Positions 1 to 13,107 of a stretch of DNA of 64,000 nt are shown here, piece after piece (position 1 is the stretch's first letter; every line of letters begins with the position of its first letter). The translations under genes and the position numbers were made by a program. This DNA comes from an uncultured Alphaproteobacteria bacterium (GTDB lineage: Bacteria; Pseudomonadota; Alphaproteobacteria; ATCC43930; CGMCC-115725). The notes beneath the pieces are model-generated. The model did no database searches, was not told where the DNA came from, and was given only the letters and a program-made list of their open reading frames with translations. The DNA lies in contig CAWDRN010000016.1 of NCBI GenBank assembly GCA_963804725.1, positions 108,844 through 172,843 on the forward strand, in the 5' to 3' direction.

Positions 1-447
1 GAGGGAATTACAGCCGTAGTCGCGCAACAATTCGAATTGGCGGCACGGATAGGGCACCATGGCCTGATGCCTATCATCGAGCCGGAGGTTCTGGTGACGA
101 GTCCTGACAAGAAAGGTGCCGAAGCTATTTTATTTGCGGAGCTCAAACGTAACCTCGATGCGCTACCCATCGATCAAAAGGTTATACTAAAGCTCACGAT
201 ACCCGAAGTGCCGGATCACTATTTGGAGCTGATCAAGCATCCGCATGTTGCAAGGGTCGTTGCACTGTCCGGTGGTTACACGCGAGCCGAAGCCTGCAAG
301 CGACTTGCCGTCAATCACGGCTTGATCGCCAGCTTCTCGCGGGCGTTGGTTGAGGGCCTCACCCACTCGATGAGCGATGCGGAGTTCAATGCGGCGGTTG
401 CCAAATCAATCGAGCAGATCTATCGCGCTTCGACGGTGAAGGTTTAA
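1..447 (+). CDS. fba: class I fructose-bisphosphate aldolase, C-terminal part (5' end lies outside the window)
   Basis: The frame is open from base 1, so the ATG at 37 is internal. Motifs PIIEPEV, LKLTIPEVP, ALSGGYTR and LIASFSRAL are typical of bacterial class I (Fda-type) aldolases. Confidence 0.85.
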   Translation, partial: EGITAVVAQQFELAARIGHHGLMPIIEPEVLVTSPDKKGAEAILFAELKRNLDALPIDQKVILKLTIPEVPDHYLELIKHPHVARVVALSGGYTRAEACKRLAVNHGLIASFSRALVEGLTHSMSDAEFNAAVAKSIEQIYRASTVKV

Positions 448-459
448 TAACCCGATCAG

Positions 460-2083
<1,624 letters not shown>

Positions 2084-2489
2084 ATCCGAAGCCTCCTCCT
2101 GTCTATATGCCGTGTGAAGCGTGCTCTGCGTTAAAGGTATCTTAGCCAGCTTTGTCCAACGGTGGCCGGGAGCTGCGTTACGCTGGTATTGGCGCTCGAC
2201 AACCTACACGAAAACGCCGGTTCGTCAGCTCGACGTGCACCGCCTCATATCTCGCGGCGCTCCCCGACCAGCCGCCCCTTGGGTTCCGCGCCGTAGGATG
2301 CTTTGCTGCAAGCACATCCGCGCGAGCAAAGCATCATGGAGACGCTCGCAACTTGGACGCACGTCAATCGCTCTCCGTCTGTGCGCGCTTGGCAGGCGTG
2401 TCAACGCTACACCAGGGCCTCCAAGGCCTAGCGAAGTTGCTTATCTCGTCGGTGCCCAAAGAACTCACCCTTCCCGTATCCGGTCTTGA

Positions 2490-3566
2490 CTATGCCAGAG
2501 CCATGCTCTTGGTTTCGATCGAGTGCAGCAAATCCTTCCACGAATCGACGAAGGATTTAGCCCCTTCAACCTGCAATTGCGCAGCCAGCGCGGCGACATC
2601 GATGCCAGCACGGATGAAGGCAACCAGGACCTGCTCGGAGTCGCCACCGTCCCGCGATATCACGTGATCTGCAGCGCCGTGTTCCGCGAACGCGAGCAGC
2701 GTCTCCTCTGGCATCGTGTTTATTGTGTTTGGCGCACCCAAAGCGCCAACGTAAAGCACATCGGGTGCCTTAGGATCTTTTGTGCTTGTGCTGGCGAAGA
2801 GCAGCCTTTGCGGCCGCGCCCCCCACCCCTCAAGACGCTGCCAACGATCGGAGTCCAACAGGTCGCGATACGCCTTGTAGCTTTGCTGCGACACCGCGAT
2901 CCCAAGCCGATCCCGAAGATCACTGGGAACCTTGTCCTGTACGGCTTTGTCCCAGCGACTAACGAATATTGAAGCGACAGAACGCACATCGGGACTCAAT
3001 CCGGCTGCAACACGCCGTTCGAGCCCACGCATATAGGCGTCGGCGGCGCGCACATAGTCGTCGCGCGAGAACAGCAGGGTAACATTGATCGGTACCCCAG
3101 AAGCGATCGCCTCCTCGATGGCGGGCAGCCCCTCCAAGGTTCCGGGAATTTTGATAAACAAGTTCGGGCGCTTGGCGCTAGCATGCAATGCGCGCGCCTC
3201 AGCCACGGTCTTGGCAGTATCATGCGCAAGGAGCGGCGAGACCTCGAGCGAAACCCAGCCATCAACGCCCGCGGTTCGCTGGTGGATCGGAGCGAACATG
3301 TCAGCCGCCTTCGTCAGGTCCTGGATCGCCAGCTCAAAAAACAGTGCTTCACCTTTTTTGCCGGCGCGTACCTGGCGCCTGATTTCATCGTCGTACGAGT
3401 TGCTGTGGGCAATGGCGCGATCAAAAATTGTTGGGTTCGACGTGAGGCCAGTCACCGACAATTCGTCGATGTATCGCCGAAGAGTGCCGTTGACCAACAA
3501 GTCGCGGTTGATGTTGTCGAGCCACAAACTTTGGCCCAGACGATGTAGCTGCTCCGTCGCCTTCAT
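2490..3566 (-). CDS. tal: transaldolase
   Basis: LWLDNINRDLL, LTSNPTIF and FIKIPGT motifs. The likely start is MKATEQL at 3566 within the longer ORF 2490..3626. Confidence 0.85.
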   Translation of the reverse strand: MKATEQLHRLGQSLWLDNINRDLLVNGTLRRYIDELSVTGLTSNPTIFDRAIAHSNSYDDEIRRQVRAGKKGEALFFELAIQDLTKAADMFAPIHQRTAGVDGWVSLEVSPLLAHDTAKTVAEARALHASAKRPNLFIKIPGTLEGLPAIEEAIASGVPINVTLLFSRDDYVRAADAYMRGLERRVAAGLSPDVRSVASIFVSRWDKAVQDKVPSDLRDRLGIAVSQQSYKAYRDLLDSDRWQRLEGWGARPQRLLFASTSTKDPKAPDVLYVGALGAPNTINTMPEETLLAFAEHGAADHVISRDGGDSEQVLVAFIRAGIDVAALAAQLQVEGAKSFVDSWKDLLHSIETKSMALA

Positions 3567-3579
3567 TTCCAATCTCCCA

Positions 3580-4248
3580 TCACTGTCTCGCGTTGTCGGA
3601 GAACTCGTGCGCGACAAGATCCGCAATGTGGTTCAACTGAATTTCGCCGTGCGGATACTTGGCCAGGGCTTCGGGATCCGTCGCATAGTGTCCTTGGCGC
3701 GCAAATACCGTGGTAACTTGTGATCCCCAGAACCTCTTTATCGCATCTAGAATGCGCAGCTTATCATCGATCATCACGTAGTGCTTAGCAGGGTAGCGCC
3801 GCACGACATCGTCCAGCGCTTCCTCCTTGTGAACGTAAATCAGCACATGTCCTTCAAAAACGCGCCACAAACCTGATCGTTCAACCTTACGCGGCTGAAA
3901 CACCGCATCGCCATCTGACAGAATAACCACCGGACCCCATTGTCGAACGTGTCTTACCGCATCGAGCGCACCGGGATAGAGCCGTTCCGCGAAGGGATAA
4001 TCGACCAGCCAGTTCGATGTGCTGAGCACTCTTGGGTCGCACATGGCTTCGAGGCGGTAACGTTCGAGTGCCCCGATATAGTCGGCATAACCCAGTTCGT
4101 TGCGAAGTGTCTCAAAAATTTCCCAATAGCGATTGCGTGCGGCGGCGCCGTGTTCCGCGCTAAGATACTTGTCCAGATCAGCTTGCACGCGATCGTTGTC
4201 GAGTAGTGTGTTGTCGACATCAAATAGAAAAGCGATCTCGTGCGTCAT
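3580..4248 (-). CDS. HAD-superfamily hydrolase
   Basis: FLFDVDNTLLDND motif I, plus SDGD and IDDK motifs. The start MTHEIAF at 4248 overlaps the zwf stop. Confidence 0.7.
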   Translation of the reverse strand: MTHEIAFLFDVDNTLLDNDRVQADLDKYLSAEHGAAARNRYWEIFETLRNELGYADYIGALERYRLEAMCDPRVLSTSNWLVDYPFAERLYPGALDAVRHVRQWGPVVILSDGDAVFQPRKVERSGLWRVFEGHVLIYVHKEEALDDVVRRYPAKHYVMIDDKLRILDAIKRFWGSQVTTVFARQGHYATDPEALAKYPHGEIQLNHIADLVAHEFSDNARQ

Positions 4249-5645
4249 GAAGAAGCTCCAGTGACTGCGCTCGGGTTTCGCCATGGGCCATCGCCATCAA
4301 TCAGCGCTTCTGACTCGCCTGGACCCCACGTTCCTGGCGCATACGGATAGACAGGCGTGACGTTGCCGAGAATCGGTTCGACGATGCGCCATTGCGCATC
4401 CACGATATCGTCGCGACCGAACAATTCGCTAACCCCGCGCATCGCATCGCCAAGCAACCGCTCATAGGGTGGCCGCAGGTTTGGCGCATGCTCGGTCAGG
4501 ATCATCTCGACGTCCTCTCCCACCATGCGCTCGCCGGGAAGCTTCACGCGCACCCCCATGGCGATGCTGACATCGGGGCTAATGCGCATACGCATATGTC
4601 CCGAGCTCGACGGCACCAGCTCGTCGAACGTCTCACGCGGCGGTCGTTTGAAATGCACCATGACTTCCGTCGCCGTCACGGGGAGCATCTTGCCGGCGCG
4701 GATGTATATCGGCACGTGGGCCCAGCGCCAGGAGTTGATGTATAACTTCAATGCAACGAAGGTCTCCACGTTCGACCCCGCACGCACACCGGGCACCGAC
4801 TGGTATCCGGTGTACTGCCCGCGGACCACATCGGAGACGTCCAGTGGCCGCATCGCTTTCAGCAACGCCGCTTTCTGGTCCCGTACTGCTTCGGTTTCCT
4901 CACCAGTCGGCGGATCCATCGTCAGTTGCGCCAGGACCTGCAGCATGTGATTTTGCACCACGTCGCGAATGGCGCCCGTTTCATCATAAAAATGTCCGCG
5001 ATCCTGAACGCCGAAATCCTCGGCCATTGTGATCTGGATGCTGCTGATATATTCGCGATTCCACAGTGGCTCGAACATCGAATTCGCGAAACGCGTGTAG
5101 ATGAGGTTCTGGACCGGCTCCTTGCCGAGGTAATGATCGATACGGAAGATGTTCTCTTCGGGGAAATACTGTGACAGCAGACGGCTGAGTGCGCGTGCCG
5201 TACCGCGGTCGTGCCCAAACGGCTTCTCGATCACTAGACGTGCGCCAGCTGCGGAGCCCGAATTCGCCAAACCTTTCGCTACCGTCGCAAACAAGCTCGG
5301 AGGGACCGCGAGATAATGTAGCGGTCGCTGTGCCGTACCAAGCTTTGTGTGCAGTTCGACGAACGTGTTCTCGTCGCTGTAATCCCCATCCACGTAGCGC
5401 AGCAGATCCAACATCCGTTGCAGCACCTCGGGCTTGGTGTCCTTGCCGCCGTGCTGCTGCACACTATCCACTGCGCGTGCCTTCAATTGGTCCAGGTTCC
5501 ATCCCGCTTTGGCGACACCGATGATCGGGACGTTGAGCCCTTCGTCACGTACTAATCCCAGTAATGCCGGAAAGATCTGTTTGTGAGCCAGATCGCCTGT
5601 CGCACCGAAAAAGACGATCGCATCGGATGGACTTGTTACGGTCAT
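4245..5645 (-). CDS. zwf: glucose-6-phosphate 1-dehydrogenase
   Basis: FFGATGDLAHKQIFPAL, RIDHYLGKE and the overall length match Zwf. Confidence 0.9.
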   Translation of the reverse strand: MTVTSPSDAIVFFGATGDLAHKQIFPALLGLVRDEGLNVPIIGVAKAGWNLDQLKARAVDSVQQHGGKDTKPEVLQRMLDLLRYVDGDYSDENTFVELHTKLGTAQRPLHYLAVPPSLFATVAKGLANSGSAAGARLVIEKPFGHDRGTARALSRLLSQYFPEENIFRIDHYLGKEPVQNLIYTRFANSMFEPLWNREYISSIQITMAEDFGVQDRGHFYDETGAIRDVVQNHMLQVLAQLTMDPPTGEETEAVRDQKAALLKAMRPLDVSDVVRGQYTGYQSVPGVRAGSNVETFVALKLYINSWRWAHVPIYIRAGKMLPVTATEVMVHFKRPPRETFDELVPSSSGHMRMRISPDVSIAMGVRVKLPGERMVGEDVEMILTEHAPNLRPPYERLLGDAMRGVSELFGRDDIVDAQWRIVEPILGNVTPVYPYAPGTWGPGESEALIDGDGPWRNPSAVTGASS

Positions 5646-5831
5646 GGTGTCCTGCAGGTTGTTATCGGGACGGCCTTCGAATGCGAAGCGGATTGGCGGC
5701 CGGGATGCGGTTGGTAATCGGCGTTGCCGCGTGACTCGATCCTAGAGTAGAGCACCGCGCTCGTGACTGGCACTTCCACGCCTTTGCGGTTTTCTCGTGA
5801 AGAAGACACGGTGGATTTGCCTCCTTGGTAG

Positions 5832-7922
5832 TCAGTGGTGCCGAGAGCCGATGGCGGTTTTGGCCGCGGCGGTAACGCTATCGACAGTGAAGCCAAAATG
5901 TTCAGCGACGACTTTCATCGGGGCCGACATGCCGAACGTGTTCATTCCCAGAACCTCCCCAGCAGAACCGGCGTAACGCGCCCAACCTAGTGGCGAGCCC
6001 TCCTCGACAGCCACGCGTGCCGTTACTGAAGGGGGCAACACGCTGGCGCGGTACCCTGGATCTTGCTCTTCGAAAAGTTCCCATGAAGGCATGCTGACCA
6101 CCCGGGCCATGATGCCGTCAACCCCAAGCTTCTCGCGTGCCCCCAGGCACAGCGCTACTTCACTACCGCTGGCGATGAGGATTACGTCCGGCGTCCCCTT
6201 CGTGTCCGCGAGAATGTAAGCGCCCTTGGCAAGCCCGGAGGCTGCCGCCAAGTTGCTACGATCCAAGATTGGCAGCGCCTGCCGTGAGCAGATCAGTGCG
6301 ACCGGCCGGCTCGTCAACTTCAGCGCGCAGCGATACGCCTCGGACATTTCGTTGGCATCGGCAGGGCGGATCACCACCATGCCCGGAATGGCACGCAGCG
6401 AAACAAGTTGCTCGACCGGTTCATGTGTCGGTCCATCTTCGCCAACACTTATCGAATCATGAGTCCAAATGTGGATCACGGGCAGATCCATCAACGAGGC
6501 AAGCCGGATGGCGCCGCGCGCATAGTCGGTGAAGATGAGAAAACCCGAGCCGAACGCTCTGAGGCCACACAATGTCATGCCATTTACCGCCGCGCACATG
6601 GCGTGTTCGCGAACGCCGTAGTGCATGTTGCGGCCGTGATAGTCACCGATGGGTCCCATGGCCTGAAAATCGCCGGCCGTTGCGAAGGTTAGCCGTGTCT
6701 TAGTGCTGGGGGCGAGGTCCGCTGCCCCGCCGACGATCCAAGGGATGCGTTGTGCGACCGCATTCAGGACTCTGGCAGATGCATCTCGTGTGGAGATTCC
6801 ACCGGCATTTTGCGGAAATGCCGGTAACACCGCTTCCCAGCCCTCCGGCAATTCACGCTTGCCCATGCAGGTAACCTGCTCGGCTAGGTCCGGATATTCG
6901 GCGCGGTAACGCTGAAACATCAACTGCCACGCGGCAGATAAGGCCGCGCCACGTTTGCCCAGGTGTGCTGCGAAATGGTCGCGCACGCCGTCCGGTATGA
7001 CGAAACTCTGCAAGGGATCGAAGCCAAAGAATTGCTTGACGAGGCGCACCTCCTCTTCGCCGAGCGGCTCGCCGTGCGCTTCGGGCGAATCATGCTTGTG
7101 CGGCGAGCCGTAACCGATATGGCTTTGCACAATGATGAGGGTGGGCCGATCGGACGTGCGCAAAAAGCTCTGGTATGCCCGCTCGAGCCGCGGCGTGTCG
7201 TTGGCATCAACCACCTGCAGGACGTTCCAGCCATATGCCAGGAAACGTCCGGCCACGTCCTCGGTGAAAGCTATGTCAGTGTGGCCTTCAATGGTGACGC
7301 GGTTGCAGTCGTAGATCCAGCACAGGTTGGACAACCGAAGATGTGCTGCTGTTGAAGCGGCCTCACTAGAGATACCCTCCATCATATCGCCGTCACCGCA
7401 GAGGGCATAGACGTTGAAGTCAAATAGGTCGAAACTTGGCCGATTATAGGTGGCACCAAGCCACCGGGCGGCGATCGCCATACCAACACTGGTCGCGACA
7501 CCTTGGCCGAGCGGGCCCGTGGTTGTCTCAACACCAGTAGTCCAACCGTACTCCGGATGGCCCGGACAACGGCTCCCCGCCTGCCGGAAGGTCTTGATGT
7601 CATCGAGCGTCACGGCTGCGCGGTCCGCACTCTCATAGCTTCTACTGCTCGCCTTCACCCCGGCAAGGTGGATCAGGCTGTAGAGCAGCATGGAAGCATG
7701 GCCGCTCGACAACACGAAGCGGTCGCGATTGATCCAGTCAGGGTTTTGGGGATCAAAGCGCAGGATGCGCTGCCACAACGTGTATGCTGTCGGCGCCGCG
7801 TCCAATGGCGTACCTGGATGGCCGGACTTTGCCTTTTGCACGGCGTCCACAACCAGCATTCGAATGGTGTCGATCGCTAGCTGATCCATCCCAGCCTGGT
7901 TCTTGACTTCGTTGCCTGCCAT
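5832..7922 (-). CDS. tkt: transketolase
   Basis: 696-aa ORF with GHPG, GDGDMMEGIS and THDSISVGEDGPTHEPVEQL motifs. Confidence 0.9.
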   Translation of the reverse strand: MAGNEVKNQAGMDQLAIDTIRMLVVDAVQKAKSGHPGTPLDAAPTAYTLWQRILRFDPQNPDWINRDRFVLSSGHASMLLYSLIHLAGVKASSRSYESADRAAVTLDDIKTFRQAGSRCPGHPEYGWTTGVETTTGPLGQGVATSVGMAIAARWLGATYNRPSFDLFDFNVYALCGDGDMMEGISSEAASTAAHLRLSNLCWIYDCNRVTIEGHTDIAFTEDVAGRFLAYGWNVLQVVDANDTPRLERAYQSFLRTSDRPTLIIVQSHIGYGSPHKHDSPEAHGEPLGEEEVRLVKQFFGFDPLQSFVIPDGVRDHFAAHLGKRGAALSAAWQLMFQRYRAEYPDLAEQVTCMGKRELPEGWEAVLPAFPQNAGGISTRDASARVLNAVAQRIPWIVGGAADLAPSTKTRLTFATAGDFQAMGPIGDYHGRNMHYGVREHAMCAAVNGMTLCGLRAFGSGFLIFTDYARGAIRLASLMDLPVIHIWTHDSISVGEDGPTHEPVEQLVSLRAIPGMVVIRPADANEMSEAYRCALKLTSRPVALICSRQALPILDRSNLAAASGLAKGAYILADTKGTPDVILIASGSEVALCLGAREKLGVDGIMARVVSMPSWELFEEQDPGYRASVLPPSVTARVAVEEGSPLGWARYAGSAGEVLGMNTFGMSAPMKVVAEHFGFTVDSVTAAAKTAIGSRHH

Positions 7923-7924
7923 GG

Positions 7925-10289
7925 TCAGAGCTCCCCGTTCGCTGTGATCGCAACTACCCGGTCATGCTCAATCCACTTGTCCGATGCCTTCTCCATGATT
8001 GAGAAAATGACCTGCTGCCCGGCTTTGAGCTGCTCGGTCGCGATATCTGCCACATGCAGCCCGAGCGGCCCCTCGACCGTCGCGTTGTCATGCACGGCTT
8101 GCCAACCATCAACTCCCCAGTGCACCAGACTTGGTTGCTCAAAGATCAAGCGCAATCCCTGTCCCTCGGTCATCCAGCCGATCTGCATGCGCCTGCTCCA
8201 GTGCGCGCGCGGTGAGCGAGGCTTGACGCCGCCGTAGCGCAGCCACACGGCTTCTGGCCGATCGAACGGTCGGCCAAGACGCTGGCTGACAATAAGCTTC
8301 ATGAACTCGGCGTGCGCCCAGACGAGTGGCATCGCGGAACCAGATGGGCGGCCGGGGGAAAGTCCGTTGGCGGGAACGGGCTCTGCATCCCATACCTGCT
8401 CCGGAATAAGGCCGGAAGGACTGCTCATACGCATCATCGCACCGAGCAGGTTGCGGACCTCGGGCTCGCGCCCTGCGACAAGCTCGTAGTGGCCGCGTTC
8501 GCCTGTTAGCAGTGGCCAAGCACGACCTTGACCAGTGCCGTTGTAAGGACCTCCATCTGCCTGTTCGCCGTAGCCATCATCGTTGTAGCGATACCAGCTC
8601 GGCCCGGATGGCGTCTCCACTCGGAGCATTCCGTCAACGAGCGCTAGCGTTGCGGTTACCACTGGGTCATCGGGCCGCCGCAATCCATATCGTACTAGCT
8701 GGAGAAAATCAGTGCTGATCAGCGTGTCGGCCGGAACCAGGTGTTCGCCAACATGGTTCCGCACAGGAACTGACGTTTGGATGGCGCTCGGATCAGCGAG
8801 TATCTCCGAGGGCGCGGCACGAACATAGTAGTGGCCGACATCATATCGTGACATCAGTGCCGGATTGGCCCCGGTACACCAAGCCTCGATACGAGAATTC
8901 CAATCATCAGCGAGCAGGAGAATATCACGCATTTCATCACCGCCAAGAAGATCGGCACCGCACACAAGAGCGGCGATGGTGGCTGCGAGGGTGAACGTGT
9001 TGATCCCCGCCATCTCTTCCCAGCGGTCCTGATCTGTTGACGGACCATGAAGTGCGATAAATAAAAGCGCCCTGCGTATCATGTCTGTGACAGCAATGTC
9101 GCCCAAAGCGTCCGCCTGAGCCAGACCACAGGCAAGCAGAACAGGAAACGCGACCTCGTCGAGCTGAATACCCTGCCAGTGCGGTCGACCTCCGAGCCAC
9201 TGGTTCTGTGACCAGCGCCCGTCGGACAACTGGGTCGCGACAAGGTAACCGAGTATATTGCGAGCGTCGTCTGCCGCGCCCAGGGCAAGCAGTGCTCCAG
9301 CACTCTCGACAAGATCACGCGGCCAAACTAAGTGGTATCCGCCTCGATCGTTTGTGCTGTTGCCCCACGGGATGCTGAGGCTCGCGACCATCGCGCCCCG
9401 GAACGTCTTATCCTGGTGCGTGCGAAGTACCATGGCAGAAACATGGAGCGCGTCCCGAAACTGACCAGGATACTGTTTTGTTTCGACATTGTTGGTATGC
9501 CAAACTTCCCAGCTCTTGACATGACGATGCCAAACGGAGGCAAAAGGCTGCAGAAGAGCGGAAATCGCGAGGGTAGCCGCGGAACTCCTTGTCTCCCGCT
9601 AAACCAAGGGCAAATACAGCCTTACGGCAGCCGACCTCACCAAGCAGTGCAACATTACCAGGGCCCGCGTGAGTGTACGTCCAGGTCATTGTCCCATCGA
9701 TCGCGAAGTCCTGCCATCCGTCGCTAACGCCGACAAATCCGGCACTGGCGCGACTCCACGCATCGCGGTGTGAGTCCGCATTCGCCGCCGCGAGTGCGAG
9801 CGCGAACGGCTCTCTCTCGGCACACAGCACCTTGCGATCACGATTTACAAAAACCTCCGCAGTATTGTCGTCGCCCGCGCCGAGATGTGGTGCAAGCAGG
9901 ACGTAGAGCGCGAGGTCCGGATCGCCAGTCAGCGACGCCTCAATCAAAAGCACATCACGATCAAGATCCGGCGCTACCCTCAGCGCAAGCTCATAACGTG
10001 AATGGCGGTGCAAGATTTGCACAGCAGGGATGCCGGCACCGGCAGTCGTGAGGGTGTAGTTCGCCTCGCGCTTGACCTCGATCCAGAAACCACGACCGTC
10101 GGCCACGATAAATCCAAGATCACGGATCTGTGGGTGGTCGATGTGGGGCCAATACACCTCATTGACAATACCATGCCCCATGGTGAACCACAGCCGAGAC
10201 GCGCCGAGCGCGGTCCCAACCATGTCCTTGGCGCTGCTGGTCCACGTTGGTCGTATGCCTGGACTTCCGGGTGCATGCATAGCGGGCAA
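7925..10289 (-). pseudogene. GH15 glucoamylase / glucan 1,4-alpha-glucosidase with one frame break (or an assembly indel)
   Basis: The N-terminal beta-sandwich part is in ORF 9408..10289 and the catalytic (alpha/alpha)6 part (YHLVWPRDL) is in ORF 7925..9433. Manual translation joins them at about 9585-9590 (..AGDK / SSAATLAISALLQPFASVWHRH..). The span is 2365 nt, one more than a multiple of 3. Confidence 0.8.
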
Positions 10290-10911
10290 TACCTCCGTTC
10301 CGCTCTAAATTCTCGGCGCTGCTGAACGGAAACATCCGGGTGACCCACTTTGCAGTTCCATTCTGACCCCCTCACTCACCAGAGAAAGTTCGTTCTCGAC
10401 GATTTCACGCACCATCAGGTGCCCCGAGGAACTATGAATTCGCCGCCTTCTTGACCGCCGGTGACCGCTACCTCGCAAGCACACTCCGCGAATATGCAAC
10501 CCCATCTACGTACCGATGATACAGCCAATCGGTCAGACTCCTACAAGGGCGCGAGACGGGCGCCTCCATCCTCGCCGACACCGCCAGGCATCGATCGGCG
10601 TTCCCATCATCGCTCTGCGTCAAAAGCATGCCGATGCGCGCCATCATAGTAGCAAAGACTCGCCTCTGCGGGCATAGTACTAAAGCGTGAGAATGGAACG
10701 GCTTTTCACCGCGGCCGTATGTCTTGAGCGGTCCGCCAGTCCGGTCTCCCGGACGACTGGCGTCTATCGGCCGATTTTCGAGAGCCGCAAAGACCAGACT
10801 GATGGCCCTTAGTGGCAAAAATGTTTCAGCGCCACGACAAGTGTGCGGGCGGCAAACGGCTCACGTGCCGACGTGGGAGCCGCTGTTCGGCGCACATCTG
10901 TCTAGGAGGGA

Positions 10912-11202
10912 TCATGGCCGAAAGGCGCCGCGCCATCGGCTAGGGAGCAGCCCCAGCCAGGGCACCAGGTGGAAAGCGCTCATCAGCAAGTACATCGGCA
11001 TCATTCCGGTCAGCAGTGATCCGTCCGGGGTGGCCGTACAGATCATATCAGGCATGCTGCCACGATGTACGGCTGTGAGTAGTGCCATGATGGCAAAGGT
11101 CGGCGTCGCCGCGAGGGATAGCCAACGGGCGGCGCACGCTCTAGTCCGTTTCGGGCCTCGCGCGACGTCCGTAGCAACTGAGTCGATCATGCCGGCGATC
11201 AT
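10912..11202 (-). CDS. small hypothetical membrane protein
   Basis: 96-aa ORF with two hydrophobic segments and a GGAG about 11 nt upstream of the ATG. I recognised no family. Confidence 0.3.
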   Translation of the reverse strand: MIAGMIDSVATDVARGPKRTRACAARWLSLAATPTFAIMALLTAVHRGSMPDMICTATPDGSLLTGMMPMYLLMSAFHLVPWLGLLPSRWRGAFRP

Positions 11203-11290
11203 CTCGGTGCATCTCCACTGTCTGCTCGGTACCGATCGAGCCGGCGCACCGAATTCATCCGCAATGGCCGTCGCGGTGGGCGCGCCGAAC

Positions 11291-12022
11291 TCAGCCCATG
11301 CCGGTTCCCAGCTCGTCAGAGTGCCCGGCCTTCAGGCGAGACCATTGGGCTGTGGGGCGTCCATCGCTGCGGATAGCTTCCTTGCCTTTGAGGCGTTGTG
11401 GCCAGCCGGTCGGCGAATCCTCCCACGCCTCCTGTCGCCCGTAGACGGTCAAGTCGAGCAGCCGGTAACTGTTGTCCATCGCCTCGACGCCGCGCCTTGT
11501 GGTCCAGTAAGTCTCAAAGACACTGGATCCTCGTCGCAGGTAGCAGACGATGTGCATCAGGCCCACCCGGCGTCCGACCAAGAGCGTGTCGAGCGAGTGC
11601 AGGGCTGAGTACCACGGCATGTCCCAGCCCATGAAATCGCGGTACCGCGCGCTCTCGTGGTATGGACCCTGGCAAAACACGGCGTATGTGACGTCGCGGG
11701 AATGTATATAGGACAGCTCTCGGACCTGCGATGTGACCCAAGTGCACCCCTCGCACTGCTCCGGCGCGGGGTGACCGGCGTGCCACATGAAGTAATAGGC
11801 GATGAGCATCCGGCGTCCGTCAAAAACATCCAACAGTGTTACCGTCCCATGTTTGCCGATGAGCGGAGTTGCACCATCCACCTCGACCATCGGGAGCCGT
11901 CGCCGGGCAGCCGCGATGGCGTCGCCTTCCTTTGTGTGGGCCTTCTCTCGAACTCGCAACGTGTCCAGCGCTGCCTGGAAGGTGCGGCGATCGACTATTT
12001 TGGGTGCTCCAGGTTCATCTCT
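11291..12022 (-). CDS. DUF899 thioredoxin-like protein
   Basis: RRRLPMVEV, LLDVFDGRRMLIAYYFMW, CEGC and GWDMPWYS motifs typical of DUF899. Start MRDEPG. Confidence 0.75.
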   Translation of the reverse strand, partial: RDEPGAPKIVDRRTFQAALDTLRVREKAHTKEGDAIAAARRRLPMVEVDGATPLIGKHGTVTLLDVFDGRRMLIAYYFMWHAGHPAPEQCEGCTWVTSQVRELSYIHSRDVTYAVFCQGPYHESARYRDFMGWDMPWYSALHSLDTLLVGRRVGLMHIVCYLRRGSSVFETYWTTRRGVEAMDNSYRLLDLTVYGRQEAWEDSPTGWPQRLKGKEAIRSDGRPTAQWSRLKAGHSDELGTGMG

Positions 12023-12051
12023 CATGATGTCTTCCACCGTTCTTTCGCTTG

Positions 12052-12858
12052 CTACACACGCTTTGGCTCCTCGGCATCGCGCTTTCTGAAAGCCGCCTCG
12101 CCGGCGTCAGACACCTTGACCCACTTCGGGTCGGGAGAGGATTCGGCGGCGTAGTTGTCGTGCCAATTCCACCACTTGTACGGCGGGGTCTGGGGGTAAC
12201 CCACCGGCAAGTCTTCCCAAACCTCTTGACGACCGAGCGGGCTGATATCGAGGTAGCTCCAGATGGTCCCCATCGCCTCGTCGCCGCGATTATTGATAAA
12301 GTAGGTGCGGAATACGCGCTTGCCGTCGCGGAGGAACACGTTATGGCCGTGCCACTCATCCACGCCGAAGTCCGCGTCGAAGCCGTCGGTGATTGTGTAC
12401 CAGGGTATATCCCAGCCCATCCGCGCTTTCAGGCGTGCGATGTCCGCCATTGGCGCTCGCGAGACGTATGCGAGGGTGGTGTCGCGAGCGTTCAGATGGG
12501 CGAGGTGGGAGACCTGATCGGCACCCAGCGAGCAGCCGCGGCACGCGTGGTCGGGCCAGCCAAACACCCCGGGCTCGAAGAACGCGCGATAGACGATCAA
12601 CTGGCGGCGACCCTCGAACAGGTCGAGCAGGCTAACCCTGCCGCGGGGCCCCTCGAATTCGTACGCTTTCTCAACGGCCATCCACGGCATCCGCCGGCGT
12701 TCGGCGGCCAGGGCGTCGCGGGCCCTTGTCACGGCCTTTTCCTTCACGAGCAACTGCTGGCGCGCGGCCTCCCAGGCCTGCGGCGACACGATCGGAGGTG
12801 TGTTTGTTCCGGGAAGTCCCTTGTCCTGCTGCAAGTCTTTCGCTTTGTTCTCGTCCAC
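12052..12858 (-). CDS. DUF899 thioredoxin-like protein (tandem paralogue)
   Basis: RRRMPWMAVEK, LLDLFEGRRQLIVYRAFF, CRGC and GWDIPWYT motifs. Confidence 0.75.
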   Translation of the reverse strand: MDENKAKDLQQDKGLPGTNTPPIVSPQAWEAARQQLLVKEKAVTRARDALAAERRRMPWMAVEKAYEFEGPRGRVSLLDLFEGRRQLIVYRAFFEPGVFGWPDHACRGCSLGADQVSHLAHLNARDTTLAYVSRAPMADIARLKARMGWDIPWYTITDGFDADFGVDEWHGHNVFLRDGKRVFRTYFINNRGDEAMGTIWSYLDISPLGRQEVWEDLPVGYPQTPPYKWWNWHDNYAAESSPDPKWVKVSDAGEAAFRKRDAEEPKRV

Positions 12859-13107
12859 GGGTCTCTCCTGTTACGTTGCTCTACCTTGGTCTGGTGTCGT
12901 CCATGACCCCAGTATTGGCGGCGGTATCGAACGTTGGAAGTAACAAGTGTGGCGGGATTCTCCGATCCGGACAGCTCCTGACGCCCCGAAAGGCCCGAAC
13001 TCGGTTGCTCGCTTGCTTTAATAGCGCTACCGATTAAATCGTATGCGATCTATTGGCGCAATGTCAATCGCTTGCGATTTGATCGTTGTCGATCTATCTC
13101 TCTAACG

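Noticed and set aside
13066-13079. A short dyad, AATCGC-tt-GCGATT, upstream of ohrR, considered as an OhrR operator.
   Set aside because: The arms are only 6 bp, and the dyad does not resemble the AT-rich OhrR boxes I remember. It cannot be supported without comparative data.
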